In this document: positions 1 to 9,754 of the stretch, piece by piece
How positions within the stretch are numbered: position 1 is the first letter of the stretch
Layout of the letters: each line of letters starts with the position of its first letter
Origin: a virus
DNA length: 42,492 nt
IMG/VR virus record: IMGVR_UViG_3300013581_000001
Direction: 5' to 3' (one strand)
Translations under genes and position numbers: made by a program
Notes under the pieces: generated by a model
Databases searched by the model: none
Told to the model about the DNA's origin: nothing
The model's input: only the letters and a program-made list of their open reading frames with translations

Positions 1-107
1 AACGAGAGTTGTTAGGCATTTTAATACCTGTTGTAAGGTAAGTACCGCCACTCATAGTTACCTGTACATTGCCGTTACCTAATGCGTCTTGGAAAGCTTT
101 CGTACTG
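1..107. repeat. Terminal redundancy: bases 1..107 are identical to 42386..42492, so the window is a circular genome written out with overlap (unit length 42385 bp)
   Basis: Direct comparison of the first and last lines of the sequence. The 107-nt string beginning aacgagagttgttaggcattttaatacc occurs at both ends. Confidence 0.9.
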
Positions 108-565
108 TCCTTTTGACCTGTAGGATCTCCGCCAAAGTCATCAACGTTAACAATACGTTGTATTTTCTTAGTTAAGTCGGCTCTTAGTTCTTCTCTAGCG
201 TTACTTTCTCTTAAAAAGTCGTGATATAGACGTTGGTGTAAAGAATCGAAACTTTGAGCGTCCATTGATGTGTGACTAGCTTTTAATTCGTTATTGCCAT
301 CACCGTTATGACCTAACACAAGATGTTCAATAAGTTCATCTTGATAATTTTCATGATTAGATAATACGACATCTTTACCTTTTGTAGTTTTGTGTTTGAT
401 TTGATCAGTTGTATGCGCATTTTTTTGAGTGGTTAAATGCTCGTTAAAGCTATCATCACTTTTATTAGTCCAGTATTTTATTTGTTCGAAGTTATTCTCA
501 AGTTGACTTACAAACTTTTGACTAAAGTACGAGTGAAGTTTCGTAATTAAGTTATCTAATTTCAA
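1..565 (-). CDS. 5' (N-terminal) part of the wrap-around tail fibre / pectin-lyase-fold gene. It continues from 40284..42385 across the circular junction. The full gene is complement(join(40284..42385,1..565)) = 2667 nt = 888 aa
   Basis: The minus-strand frame of the 718-aa ORF stays open upstream through 1..565. It reaches a TTG at 565..563 that is preceded by AGGAGG (complement of 575..580) with a 9-nt spacer. The joined length is divisible by 3. The Tal stop (580..582) overlaps this ribosome-binding site. Confidence 0.6.
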   Translation of the reverse strand, partial: MKLDNLITKLHSYFSQKFVSQLENNFEQIKYWTNKSDDSFNEHLTTQKNAHTTDQIKHKTTKGKDVVLSNHENYQDELIEHLVLGHNGDGNNELKASHTSMDAQSFDSLHQRLYHDFLRESNAREELRADLTKKIQRIVNVDDFGGDPTGQKDSTKAFQDALGNGNVQVTMSGGTYLTTGIKMPNNSR

Positions 566-579
566 ATTTTTTGACCTCC

Positions 580-2436
580 TTAGCCATAAAAACCATAAAA
601 GTTTTTAATCAATTCGTACATAATGACCTCGTGCCCTTTTTCATTAGGGTGTACCCCGTCAGGCATACTCGATTTTCTGTACGAAGGTATATTGGGTTTG
701 AATTGTGTTGAATGATAAGCGTCATAAACAGGTATATCCAGTTCGTTACAAGCGTCTATTTGAACATCTACATAATCAGCTAAAGTGTGACCTAAATCGT
801 TCTTAGTAGTGTCTTTTCTTACGGTTTTGCCGTCTTTTATATAACATTGTTTAGTAGGTGTCATAACAATTATTTTAGAGTTAGGGTTATTACTCTTGAT
901 TTTAGTGATAGCACTATAAAAGGCACCGTAAAACGTTTTAGTATCCGTTTTATCAGTGCCTATATTAATATCATTAGTCCAATCATCATCTGTACCTTGC
1001 ACAATGATTAAATCAGATTTAATTTTGGTCGCTTGTTCATAAATGCTATTATCTTTGTTTGTGCTCATTGTCGCACCACTAACAGCTAAGTTTGTTGATT
1101 TAGCCTTTATCTTCTTAGCTAACATTTGAGTAAAGTTAGTTTTAGCACCAGTACCTTTAGCGACAGAATCTCCAATAGTACCTATTGTTTTAACTTTCCT
1201 AATCTTAGACTTAGGTGTAAAGTCGTGAACAATAGTACCGTTTGCAGTTGTAACACTCTTAGCATGCGCGCTTTCTAATCTTCTTTTTATTTCATCGGTT
1301 TTCTTCTGCAAATCTTGTGCAGTCTTAGTATTTGCGTTGTTTTGAGCTTGAATCATCCTTAAGTCTTTAGCTGGATCAGATTTGTTAGACTTAATAGCTT
1401 TAACATAATTTGCAGCAGTGTTTACTGCTTTCATGTATCTATCTTGTAATCTAAATTCCCCAAGCACTACGTCTTGTTTGATAATCTTGTTGTTAATATC
1501 TCGTTGCGTAGTGATTTCGATAATTCTAACAAACTCATTTAAACCTATTAAATCATCAATCACATTCACAATATCCCCAACTCTAGGTACTGCTTCTTTA
1601 AAATGTTTTTGCAAAGAAATAAAATCTAGTGTTACAGACGTTTTTAAACTTTCTTGTATAACTAACTCCATAGCTTTTTTGAGTGTATCCCCTTTAGTTA
1701 TGCGTCCATCTACAACAGGTGGTGCATGGCGTTTGCCTATTAAGTCAGCTAAGGGGTGTGTATACTCATATTGCAAGCTGGCTTCGTTGAAAGTTTGTTG
1801 CTCATCAAAGCCACCATAACCTCTGATGTATGTGTAACACTTAGAAGCATCTTCTTGGACTTTTACATTATTAGCATTGACACCTGCTTTAATGTAATAG
1901 TTAGCTTTTCTTTGAACAATATCATATAAATGAAATGTCTTTGTTTTGGCGTTATATTCATATTCTAAGTTATATCTTTCCAAACCTTTTTTGAATAATT
2001 CTAAATTGGTATCGTGGTTACCTAGATTTTCAAATTTGGAAGATGAAACCTTAGCGTGTAATTCATACTTATAACCGGTATCTTTAAAAACTAAATCGAA
2101 GTAGCTTTTTCCTGTAAAACTACCGTTATATACTTCGTATACTCTTAAATTGTTTAGATCATCTAATTCGACAGGACGCGCTTTGATTGTTAACTTTTCC
2201 TTTTGACCTACAGTTGTTTTGTCTAACATAACGATACGGTATTCGTTTAGGTCATCAGCACCACCAACACCTGTAATCGTCCACATTTTAGTAATAGCCC
2301 CTATAGCGTCAAATGTAGCTTTGTTTTCTACCATTTCTATTTCTAAGGAGCCATCTTCATTTAATTTCTCGTTTAATTTTGTTTCTACAGGTAGGGATTG
2401 CCCAATGCCCTGTAACGTTTTTAATAATATTGGCAA
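580..2436 (-). CDS. Tail-associated lysin / tail tip protein (Tal) with a C-terminal SGNH/GDSL esterase domain
   Basis: 618 aa, placed directly after Dit. The C-terminal third carries SGNH hydrolase hallmarks (GTDDDWT...IIVMTPT...DGVHPNEKGH). TTG start at 2436 with AAGGAGGT ribosome-binding site. This is the same position as prophage tail endopeptidase genes of phi11-like phages. Confidence 0.7.
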   Translation of the reverse strand: MPILLKTLQGIGQSLPVETKLNEKLNEDGSLEIEMVENKATFDAIGAITKMWTITGVGGADDLNEYRIVMLDKTTVGQKEKLTIKARPVELDDLNNLRVYEVYNGSFTGKSYFDLVFKDTGYKYELHAKVSSSKFENLGNHDTNLELFKKGLERYNLEYEYNAKTKTFHLYDIVQRKANYYIKAGVNANNVKVQEDASKCYTYIRGYGGFDEQQTFNEASLQYEYTHPLADLIGKRHAPPVVDGRITKGDTLKKAMELVIQESLKTSVTLDFISLQKHFKEAVPRVGDIVNVIDDLIGLNEFVRIIEITTQRDINNKIIKQDVVLGEFRLQDRYMKAVNTAANYVKAIKSNKSDPAKDLRMIQAQNNANTKTAQDLQKKTDEIKRRLESAHAKSVTTANGTIVHDFTPKSKIRKVKTIGTIGDSVAKGTGAKTNFTQMLAKKIKAKSTNLAVSGATMSTNKDNSIYEQATKIKSDLIIVQGTDDDWTNDINIGTDKTDTKTFYGAFYSAITKIKSNNPNSKIIVMTPTKQCYIKDGKTVRKDTTKNDLGHTLADYVDVQIDACNELDIPVYDAYHSTQFKPNIPSYRKSSMPDGVHPNEKGHEVIMYELIKNFYGFYG

Positions 2437-2449
2437 TTAAGCAACCTCC

Positions 2450-3388
2450 TTACAAGTAATATCTTTTATGTTTAAACGTAATTTTTTGAAGTTTCTTAGT
2501 AGTATGGAAGGTATTCCAACCAGGCATTAATACAGGTTGTTGTTTTGTCTTGTTGTAATCATCAATGCGTAAGTTATTACGATATACATGAATGCCGTCA
2601 AATTTGATAACATCACCGGCTCTCAATTCTAATCCACTTATTTTCATAATGTCACTATGTGTCATATAGAAGTTAAAACCATCGCTATCATTTTTACTGA
2701 CATTTTCTCCAAGTGTCATTTCTACAACACTATCTTGGTTAAATTGGTTAATTTCAGCTGTACCACCGTAATATACATCGCCCACTTTAGTGTCATAGAA
2801 TGTGTATCTACGTTCTTTATGAGATGTGTTGAACGGGTTTTTGTCTGGAATACCCCATTTATTCAAGTTACCACTCTCTTTTTCTAAATCTGTACTATAC
2901 CCAATACTCTCAAAGTATGGTAATTCAATCGTTTCGAAATCTAGTGTGAATTCACCTGACGTTTTAGTAGTATCGAATGACACTTCATTAACTAAGCCAA
3001 CAAGTATCTGCCTGCCGTCAACATATTCTAGTTCAAAAGATTGTTCCTTAGGTTCGAATATATTCTCGAATTTAATTTCACTTTCAGACGCTGCTAATTC
3101 TCTAAGATAAAAATGACCTCTGAGCATAGCTTGTATGTTCGCTTTTAAATGAGAAGCATAAGCTATCTTTTCTACATCGTATCTAACCGTCATAGATATA
3201 CTTTTCTTTTCTTCTTTAGTAGCATTATGAAATCTACCGTTAACACGATCAATTTCATCAAACTTTCGGTCATAGCCAGCACCTTTAACGTCGTAAGAAA
3301 CAACTCTCAACGCAGTACCAGTGAAGCGATTGTCACTAATACGCAAACGTTCTTTATCTTTGTAAACTTCAACATCATGTAATATCAA
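2450..3388 (-). CDS. Distal tail protein (Dit, siphovirus tail component)
   Basis: 312 aa, immediately downstream of the tape measure gene and upstream of Tal (conserved TMP-Dit-Tal synteny). The stop overlaps the Tal ribosome-binding site. Confidence 0.7.
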   Translation of the reverse strand: MILHDVEVYKDKERLRISDNRFTGTALRVVSYDVKGAGYDRKFDEIDRVNGRFHNATKEEKKSISMTVRYDVEKIAYASHLKANIQAMLRGHFYLRELAASESEIKFENIFEPKEQSFELEYVDGRQILVGLVNEVSFDTTKTSGEFTLDFETIELPYFESIGYSTDLEKESGNLNKWGIPDKNPFNTSHKERRYTFYDTKVGDVYYGGTAEINQFNQDSVVEMTLGENVSKNDSDGFNFYMTHSDIMKISGLELRAGDVIKFDGIHVYRNNLRIDDYNKTKQQPVLMPGWNTFHTTKKLQKITFKHKRYYL

Positions 3389-3403
3389 TTAACAATCACT
3401 CCT

Positions 3404-6400
3404 TTAAAATAATCCGAAACTTGCGTCTTTTGAGTTGGAATCTTCAATGTAAGATTTAATAGCTGGTATATCCGACTCGTTGCGAACAGTCACATTAACG
3501 ATAGGTTTATTGTTCTCTTGCATGCTATGGCGCACGTCTTTACTCATATGCGCATTCACATCGCTATTTAATCCACCTGTTAAGTCTGATGTTAAATCAG
3601 TGTTTAAATCAGGGCTAAATGCGTTAGTTACATCTTTCGCTAAACGACGACTGGCATTAATAGCACTATTGCTTTGTTCCATAATACCGATGCCTAAACC
3701 TTGAGAAATGTATCCACCTATGCCTCTGAATACACGTGAAGGTGAGTGAATACCTAGTACGTTTTTAGCTGCACTAACTGCTTTTTTAGCAATGTTTGCG
3801 GCAGCATTTATAACTCTACTTGCGCCATTCGCAATACCTCGTGCAATACCTGAAGCAATATGCAATCCTGCAGATACCATTTTTCCGAAGAAACTTCTGA
3901 CTTTGGAAACAGCTCTACCCATACCAGAAGCCACTTGTGATACAACTCTAACAAAACCACTAACCACGCCTTGAACAAATCTACTCATCGCAGAAATGAT
4001 ACTTGAAACCCAACGAGCACCACCAGAAATGATGCGACTTAATGCTTGCATCATTTTTTGAGCAACAGTTGAAACTACACGTGAAAACCAACTTGATACT
4101 GTATTCCATATTCTAGTAACTGCACCTGAAATCGCAGACCAAATTTGGTTCCAACTTGTAATATTAGTACCAAGTATTCTGTTCAAAACATTGAATATGA
4201 AGTTAGAAATTTGGCCCCAAATTGACAATATGGTATTCCAAATCGTACTCATTACATTAGAAATCGTAGTTTGTAATGTTTGCCAAGCGCCAGAAAAATC
4301 TCCGGTAAGGAGCTGTATTAATGCAGTAAACAAACCGAAAATCAATTGCGTAGCAGCTTGTAGTATTCCACCTATCGCAGTGAATACTACTGAAATCACA
4401 GTCCAAAGAGATTGGAAAGCAGTTACTAAACCATTGATAAGGCTGATGAATAAGAAGCCGAGAACTTGGTTTGCAACTTGTCCTAACATTTGTAAGATAG
4501 GCATAATTGGTTGTAGCGTTTGTTCGATAGACGCTCTGAACTGATTAAACCAGTTAATCACTGTTTTTACAGCGTTCATTATCGTATCTTTAATTGTGTT
4601 CCAAGCTTCAACACAAGTTTTTCTGAAATTCTCGTTCGTTTTCCATAACCAAACAATAATACCTATTAAAGCAACGATAACGCCTATGATAGCCAATACA
4701 GGCCATGAAATCGCGCCTATAGCTACACCCAATGTTTGGAAAGCACCACTTAACATAGGTAAGATACGCATAATTGTACTAATAGGGCTCATAAGGAGCC
4801 TGAAAGCTATTTTTACTAAGTTTAATGCACTTCTAAGTATTTGAGTGTTTCTAGCAAAAGCTAACATTTTACCGATAGCTTGGATTAAACCTACACCGAA
4901 CACATTAGATAGCATTGTACTTACTGCGATGATTGGTGCTAGTAAAGCCCACAACATACCACCGAGTATCATACCTATACCAACCATTCGAGCTATAGCT
5001 GGGTGTGTTTCGAACAACTTAGCTATGAAACCAGCTAATGCTGTTACTACTTTTAATATCACGCTTGCTATTGGTGCCATTGCAGTGCCGAATGCAACCA
5101 AAACTCTTACGATATTACCGATTAGATCCATAATGACTGGGCCATTCTCTTGTACATACTGAACAAACTTTTTAAACCCTTCAGATTTACCAACTTGTTC
5201 AGACCATTCTCTAAACTTAGCAGTCATTTTAACTAGCCAATCAAAGATATTAGAACTGTTTTGAGCGAACGCTTTCATCAAGTTACCAATACCCATGAAT
5301 ACATTGCCAAATATTTGACCTATTTTAGGTAAATTAGTTTTAGTGTATTCAATAAACGACTTAATAGCGTTCTGACCTGCTACACTGTTAGCCCAGTTTT
5401 GGAACTTTTTACCTAGATTATCTAAGCCTTTAGCAGTCCATAAGAATAGTGGACCTAATTGAGTGAATACATTAATAAGTCCGTCACCAAAACGTCCTGC
5501 AGCACTTAATAATGTGTTGAATGTCTTAACACCTGTTGTATTCATCATGTTAAAGAACTTGCTAGCAGTTTGGCTGTTTTGAGCCCATTTTAAGACACTC
5601 TGTGAAGCTTGTTCCATTCCTTTAGAGATACCTGCTAAGAATGGTTTCATGCGTCCTAAAGCTACGTTAACAGTGTCTAAAGCGTTAGATAACGTATTGA
5701 ATATTTGAGATTGATTTTGCTTGATAATACCTTCCCAAGTTGATTTAACTTGTTCTAAAGACGCTTGGTATCTTCTTGTTTGCGCAGTAGCTTGTAATGT
5801 TCCGTCATTCAACATTTTAATTGCACTTACTGCCATAGCGCCAAATGCAAACGCACCACTTGCAGCAATACCAAATGCACCAGCTACACCTAATGCACCA
5901 CCAGCAACTACACCTAATGCGTTAGCTACTGCCATGATGGCGGGTACTAAACCAGCTATAATAGGAATAAGACCTTGAAAACTAGCGATTAGCACACCTT
6001 TGATTTGTTGTCCAAACACAGTACCAAATGTACGAATACGAGTAGCTAATCTATCCATTTTATCGCCATATTCGTCTAAAGACAGACTTAAAGCTCTAGT
6101 TAATACTTGAGCTCTTGTCATTCCCCTTGTATCAAAGTTAACTTTTACCGTTTTATCATGTAAGGTTGCCAACATAGCCTTAGCACCTAATACTGAACGT
6201 TTTAAGGGATTGTTATTCCCTTTTATGTCTACTTCTTTATCTCTTAATTGCTGTAATTTCTCTTTAACTACTGCAATTGCTCGTTTGATAGGGTTATTGT
6301 TACCGTCTATTTCAACGGTGTGTCCACGCCAACGTTGAGCCATTGCTTTTGCAGTGTTTAAGGCTCGTTTAAACTTACTGATATTCGCATCGACTTGTGT

Positions 6401-6508
6401 TTCGATTTCATCGGGTATTTCAGTTTTTGCCATACGTTGAGCTTTTCTGATATTCCGTTGGAAATCTGTAATGATCGCCGATATACGAGCCATAAAGTTT
6501 TTATTCAT
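3404..6508 (-). CDS. Tail tape measure protein
   Basis: 1034 aa, largest gene in the tail module. Long helical N-terminal half, hydrophobic central segments, and a Gly/Ser-rich C-terminus ending ...GIHSPSRVFRGIGGY... as in staphylococcal siphovirus tape measure proteins. It follows G/GT. Confidence 0.85.
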   Translation of the reverse strand: MNKNFMARISAIITDFQRNIRKAQRMAKTEIPDEIETQVDANISKFKRALNTAKAMAQRWRGHTVEIDGNNNPIKRAIAVVKEKLQQLRDKEVDIKGNNNPLKRSVLGAKAMLATLHDKTVKVNFDTRGMTRAQVLTRALSLSLDEYGDKMDRLATRIRTFGTVFGQQIKGVLIASFQGLIPIIAGLVPAIMAVANALGVVAGGALGVAGAFGIAASGAFAFGAMAVSAIKMLNDGTLQATAQTRRYQASLEQVKSTWEGIIKQNQSQIFNTLSNALDTVNVALGRMKPFLAGISKGMEQASQSVLKWAQNSQTASKFFNMMNTTGVKTFNTLLSAAGRFGDGLINVFTQLGPLFLWTAKGLDNLGKKFQNWANSVAGQNAIKSFIEYTKTNLPKIGQIFGNVFMGIGNLMKAFAQNSSNIFDWLVKMTAKFREWSEQVGKSEGFKKFVQYVQENGPVIMDLIGNIVRVLVAFGTAMAPIASVILKVVTALAGFIAKLFETHPAIARMVGIGMILGGMLWALLAPIIAVSTMLSNVFGVGLIQAIGKMLAFARNTQILRSALNLVKIAFRLLMSPISTIMRILPMLSGAFQTLGVAIGAISWPVLAIIGVIVALIGIIVWLWKTNENFRKTCVEAWNTIKDTIMNAVKTVINWFNQFRASIEQTLQPIMPILQMLGQVANQVLGFLFISLINGLVTAFQSLWTVISVVFTAIGGILQAATQLIFGLFTALIQLLTGDFSGAWQTLQTTISNVMSTIWNTILSIWGQISNFIFNVLNRILGTNITSWNQIWSAISGAVTRIWNTVSSWFSRVVSTVAQKMMQALSRIISGGARWVSSIISAMSRFVQGVVSGFVRVVSQVASGMGRAVSKVRSFFGKMVSAGLHIASGIARGIANGASRVINAAANIAKKAVSAAKNVLGIHSPSRVFRGIGGYISQGLGIGIMEQSNSAINASRRLAKDVTNAFSPDLNTDLTSDLTGGLNSDVNAHMSKDVRHSMQENNKPIVNVTVRNESDIPAIKSYIEDSNSKDASFGLF

Positions 6509-6510
6509 GG

Positions 6511-7370
6511 CTAACCTCCTTTTTGACTAGTATTGCGTAATGAATTCATAAAGCGTCGTGTACCTTGTTTCTGAACATTTCTAATGCGTTTGTTATGTGC
6601 TAACTTACGTTCTTTCATACGTTCGTATTCTTCTGACTGTCCACGTACTTCGTATCTTGCACGCTCTAACTGCTTCTGTAATCGTTTAAGTGATTTACCA
6701 GCTTGCACAAGACCGTTAGCTTGAGCACCAAATAATAAAGTTTCTTGTTCATCAAGTAACGCCAATCTACGACCTACAACCCAGTCTTTCCATTCATTAG
6801 GCGTCAAACTCATTAATTCATCATAAGGAAGATAGCCTATGTATTGACTGGTTATCTGCCGTATTTCTGAATAATCTAGTAAGGTAGCTCGCCCATGATT
6901 TCTTTGTAATTGTTCTTCATGAACTCGATACCGTTCTTCGTAGACTCTTTCTCTTCTTCTTTGACCATAGATGGCGCTGAATTCATTTGTGTCCAGAATA
7001 GACGTGATTTCTGCTTGAAAAAACCACTATGATTTAAAACTTGCAATGCACCTTGTAATAATTCGATAGAGTCTTGTTTTTCATCAATAATTTCCATTAG
7101 TGTTTGTTCGATATCTTCACGTTTAGGTGCATTTTTACCTAAATAAGCCGTTGCACATTCCCAAAAGTCTGCAATTGCGATTGGATCACGTTCTAAAATA
7201 CCGTTATAAATAGCATTAAAACCAGATACTTTAGTAGTTTTACCATTTTCATCTTGCTCGTCTTTAGCGAATTTCTTAGCCGCTTTATCAAATAAGAAAG
7301 TAGCTTTTGCTTCTACTTCTTCTCCGTTGATTTCTAATTCAGTAATAGGGTTGATTGTATTTTCAGTCAT
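6511..7370 (-). CDS. Tail assembly chaperone GT, the -1 frameshift fusion product (about 286 aa: G residues 1-118, then the -1 frame through to 6511)
   Basis: The -1 frame is open with no stops from the heptamer at 7017..7023 through the annotated 100-aa ORF 6511..6813. The shifted reading continues ...FFQAEITSILDTNEFS...DELMSLTPNEW.... Confidence 0.55.
6876..7370 (-). CDS. Tail assembly chaperone G
   Basis: 164 aa acidic protein between the major tail protein and the tape measure gene. It contains an in-frame slippery heptamer. Confidence 0.7.
   Translation of the reverse strand: MTENTINPITELEINGEEVEAKATFLFDKAAKKFAKDEQDENGKTTKVSGFNAIYNGILERDPIAIADFWECATAYLGKNAPKREDIEQTLMEIIDEKQDSIELLQGALQVLNHSGFFKQKSRLFWTQMNSAPSMVKEEEKESTKNGIEFMKNNYKEIMGELPY
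7017..7023 (-). other. Programmed -1 ribosomal frameshift slippery site T_TTT_TTC (G codons 116-118, Gly-Phe-Phe)
   Basis: In the G frame the codons are ggT TTT TTC, a canonical X_XXY_YYZ heptamer. The -1 frame beyond it is open for about 168 codons up to the start of the tape measure gene. Confidence 0.55.
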
Positions 7371-7429
7371 TCTTTAACCTCTTTCTGTTATTTTTACAAA
7401 AAAATAGAGGGCTTAATGCCCTCGTAAAG

Positions 7430-7966
7430 TTATGCACCAGCACTAGGTGTACGATTTTCATATGAGTCTGTATAAGCTCCCATATCTTCCCATTCAACTG
7501 TAGGAGCAGCAGCACTAGGATTGAGCCATTCTGGTGGCAATGAATCAACAGAACCGTTAGCACTGTTAAATTTAACTTTTGCAGTGATTTCGATTTTGTC
7601 ATCCTCATCATCAAATGACCATTCTTGCTCTTCTATAATTACATAAGCGAAAATACCATGATGTTTACCATCACGTTTTTTAACTTCCCAAATCCATAAT
7701 CGTAACTGTTTGAAGTTTTTAACTGACTCATCTAAAGCTTCTTGACCTTTGTCGCCAGGTACACGGTCAACAGTTAACTTGATTTCTTCTTCTACAGAGT
7801 TACGACTATAGTCTTTTTTGCCACCTGTAATCATTTCAGCTAAGTCATTACTGATTGTGTGTCCACCTTCAGCTAAACTAGCTAACAGAATAGCATCTTC
7901 TTCTTTCAGCTTGCTTGCTAAATCTTTGTCAGCGATTTGTAACGCTGCAATGTATTTATTCTGCAC
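7430..7966 (-). CDS. Major tail protein
   Basis: 178 aa with an acidic C-terminus, located between the tail terminator-like gene and G/GT. The position is typical of siphovirus major tail genes. Confidence 0.6.
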   Translation of the reverse strand: MQNKYIAALQIADKDLASKLKEEDAILLASLAEGGHTISNDLAEMITGGKKDYSRNSVEEEIKLTVDRVPGDKGQEALDESVKNFKQLRLWIWEVKKRDGKHHGIFAYVIIEEQEWSFDDEDDKIEITAKVKFNSANGSVDSLPPEWLNPSAAAPTVEWEDMGAYTDSYENRTPSAGA

Positions 7967-8393
7967 TATTCGTTACACTCCTTTGTAAAGTATTGTGTCT
8001 GTATTTAAAAACAAGCCGGATGATACCGTGTTTCGTGTACTGATCTATGTCAGTTATCACTTCTTGTGTATCAATCCGACTTTTAATGAATGAGTAATGT
8101 TCGATTTCAAATTCAGTATTAAGTACATGACCTAAAAACTGAATGATTTGTGCTACTTCATCACGATTTCTCGCTTGACTATACACGTGTAAGGTTACGC
8201 CTACATCTTCAAACATACTCGTTGTCGTTTCTTTATTAGTGACGTTTGTTTCACCCACAACGATATATGGGTAAACAGCGTCTTTTTGAACGCAATCAAA
8301 AACCCTACCACCAAGCTGTTTTTTGATGATAGGGTTGCTTTTTAATTTGTTATATATCTTGTTAAACAGATACCGTTCTACTGATACCCACAT
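7956..8393 (-). CDS. Tail terminator / tail completion protein (DUF3168-like)
   Basis: 145 aa, last of the four small head-tail joining genes before the major tail gene. Confidence 0.45.
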   Translation of the reverse strand: MWVSVERYLFNKIYNKLKSNPIIKKQLGGRVFDCVQKDAVYPYIVVGETNVTNKETTTSMFEDVGVTLHVYSQARNRDEVAQIIQFLGHVLNTEFEIEHYSFIKSRIDTQEVITDIDQYTKHGIIRLVFKYRHNTLQRSVTNSAE

Positions 8394-8405
8394 ATCTTAA
8401 CCACC

Positions 8406-8819
8406 TTATGAAAAATACTTATTGAAAAACGCTCTACCTTCATCGATTGCAGGTTCCCAAAAAGGCTGTGCATGTTGCCCTTTAGTTGTGTGCCAATGTC
8501 CGTCTGCGTCTTTGTAACGCCACGGGATATTCTTTGCACGACTACCACCCGGACCGACTGCGTATATCCCTGTACCGTAGTTGACGTAAACTGCGTACTC
8601 ACTGCCGATATTAATAACGCCTGTTAATCCGCCCTTCTTAAAGTCCATAGAAACACTTTCTCTAAGATAACCGGTATCAACAGGCATGTTACTAACTATT
8701 GAATTGTGAATAATTGTTGTTGTCTTGGCTATACCTTTTTTAGCCCATCTAATCGTTTCTTTTTCAAACTCCTCAAGTTCCTTAACTAAATCCCAATTTC
8801 CGTATTTAACCTTAGCCAA
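8406..8819 (-). CDS. HK97 gp10-like tail completion/neck protein
   Basis: 137 aa beginning MAKVKYGNWDLVKELEEFEK, typical of the HK97 gp10 family. Conserved position. Confidence 0.55.
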   Translation of the reverse strand: MAKVKYGNWDLVKELEEFEKETIRWAKKGIAKTTTIIHNSIVSNMPVDTGYLRESVSMDFKKGGLTGVINIGSEYAVYVNYGTGIYAVGPGGSRAKNIPWRYKDADGHWHTTKGQHAQPFWEPAIDEGRAFFNKYFS

Positions 8820-9141
8820 TAGGACATTCTCTCAATCTTGTTAAGTTGATTTCTTGTTGCCCGCCTTGGTCGACAGGTTCTCCTACTACTTCGTAAGTTT
8901 TACCGTTGTATTTAAATAAGTTTGTGTTAGTTATTGGCAGGCTGTACGGCGTATATAGGTTTCTGTCGTATGATTGGTTCATTTGATGAAACTTGAGTTG
9001 TTCAGATGAAGTAGGCGTATCCATAAATCCTTGTATTGTTTTTTCGCTCTTAAAGCGCTCTTGTTCACGTGGATACTCTCCTACAACCTCTCTTGAGCCT
9101 AATTCGATTGTATGAGGAAACTCATTTAATGGATTAAACAT
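8812..9141 (-). CDS. Head closure / head-tail adaptor protein
   Basis: 109 aa, second gene after the capsid block. Overlapping start and stop with its neighbours. Confidence 0.5.
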   Translation of the reverse strand: MFNPLNEFPHTIELGSREVVGEYPREQERFKSEKTIQGFMDTPTSSEQLKFHQMNQSYDRNLYTPYSLPITNTNLFKYNGKTYEVVGEPVDQGGQQEINLTRLRECPIG

Positions 9142-9448
9142 GATAACCAGTCCAACGTAAGCGTCTAAATGGTTTAAGGTAACCGTATGTTTCCTTAGGT
9201 AGATCAGTAACGAAAGTGTAGCTCACAGTACCCATAGTACGTGAAGAAATATTGCTAGTCGTACCTTGTTTAATACAGTTAGCAATGAATTTCTCTACAT
9301 TACTAGGTAATGACTTCCTATTGAATGTTTGATTACAATATTCTTCAGCTACATTCAGATACTTTTCAATAAGTAATTCGATTGTTTCGTCATTTGAAGT
9401 ATCATCGAGCGAGAGATTGTTTAATAATTTAACGTCTTGTGCGTTCAT
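9134..9448 (-). CDS. Head-tail connector protein (gp6-like)
   Basis: 104 aa, first connector gene after the capsid gene. Start overlaps the upstream stop. Confidence 0.5.
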   Translation of the reverse strand: MNAQDVKLLNNLSLDDTSNDETIELLIEKYLNVAEEYCNQTFNRKSLPSNVEKFIANCIKQGTTSNISSRTMGTVSYTFVTDLPKETYGYLKPFRRLRWTGYHV

Positions 9449-9738
9449 TACTCAACACTTCCTAATGCTTCAATGAGTTCATCTTTTTTCATACTAGAAA
9501 AGCCCTCTATTTCACGTTCTTTAGCGAGTTCTCTTAATTCTGATACTTTCATACTTTTTAAGTCTTTATCGCTCTCTACACGCTTAATAAGGGGCTTGTT
9601 TTGACGGTTCTCTTTTGTGGATAGTTCGACTAATCGTTCATCACTTACATTTAAACCTTTACGAGGGAACGTATCTCCAACGTTATATTCGTAGTTGTCA
9701 TCTTGTAAGTCTGTGAAGTATTCGATTACTTTATACAT
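9448..9738 (-). CDS. Small protein with a C-terminal Rho-N/SAP-like DNA-binding motif
   Basis: 96 aa. The C-terminus MKVSELRELAKEREIEGFSSMKKDELIEAL matches the Rho termination factor N-terminal/SAP helix-extension-helix pattern. Genes of this kind commonly follow the capsid gene in staphylococcal siphoviruses. Confidence 0.45.
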   Translation of the reverse strand: MYKVIEYFTDLQDDNYEYNVGDTFPRKGLNVSDERLVELSTKENRQNKPLIKRVESDKDLKSMKVSELRELAKEREIEGFSSMKKDELIEALGSVE

Positions 9739-9754
9739 ACGTCACTACCTCCTT

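Noticed and set aside
1418-1819. Plus-strand ORFs overlapping minus-strand structural genes (for example 1418..1819, 4191..4544, 5721..5978, 9906..10256, 41242..41613)
   Set aside because: They lie antisense to long, well-supported phage genes and have no ribosome-binding sites. Their composition is low-complexity Ser/Leu/Ile-rich, typical of shadow ORFs in AT-rich DNA.
6511-6813. A stand-alone 100-aa gene between G and the tape measure gene
   Set aside because: Its frame is open far upstream into G and is reachable from the T_TTT_TTC site. It is better explained as the C-terminus of the GT frameshift product.
7363-7614. 83-aa ORF overlapping the major tail protein gene
   Set aside because: It is fully nested out of frame within the major tail protein and G region, with no ribosome-binding site.
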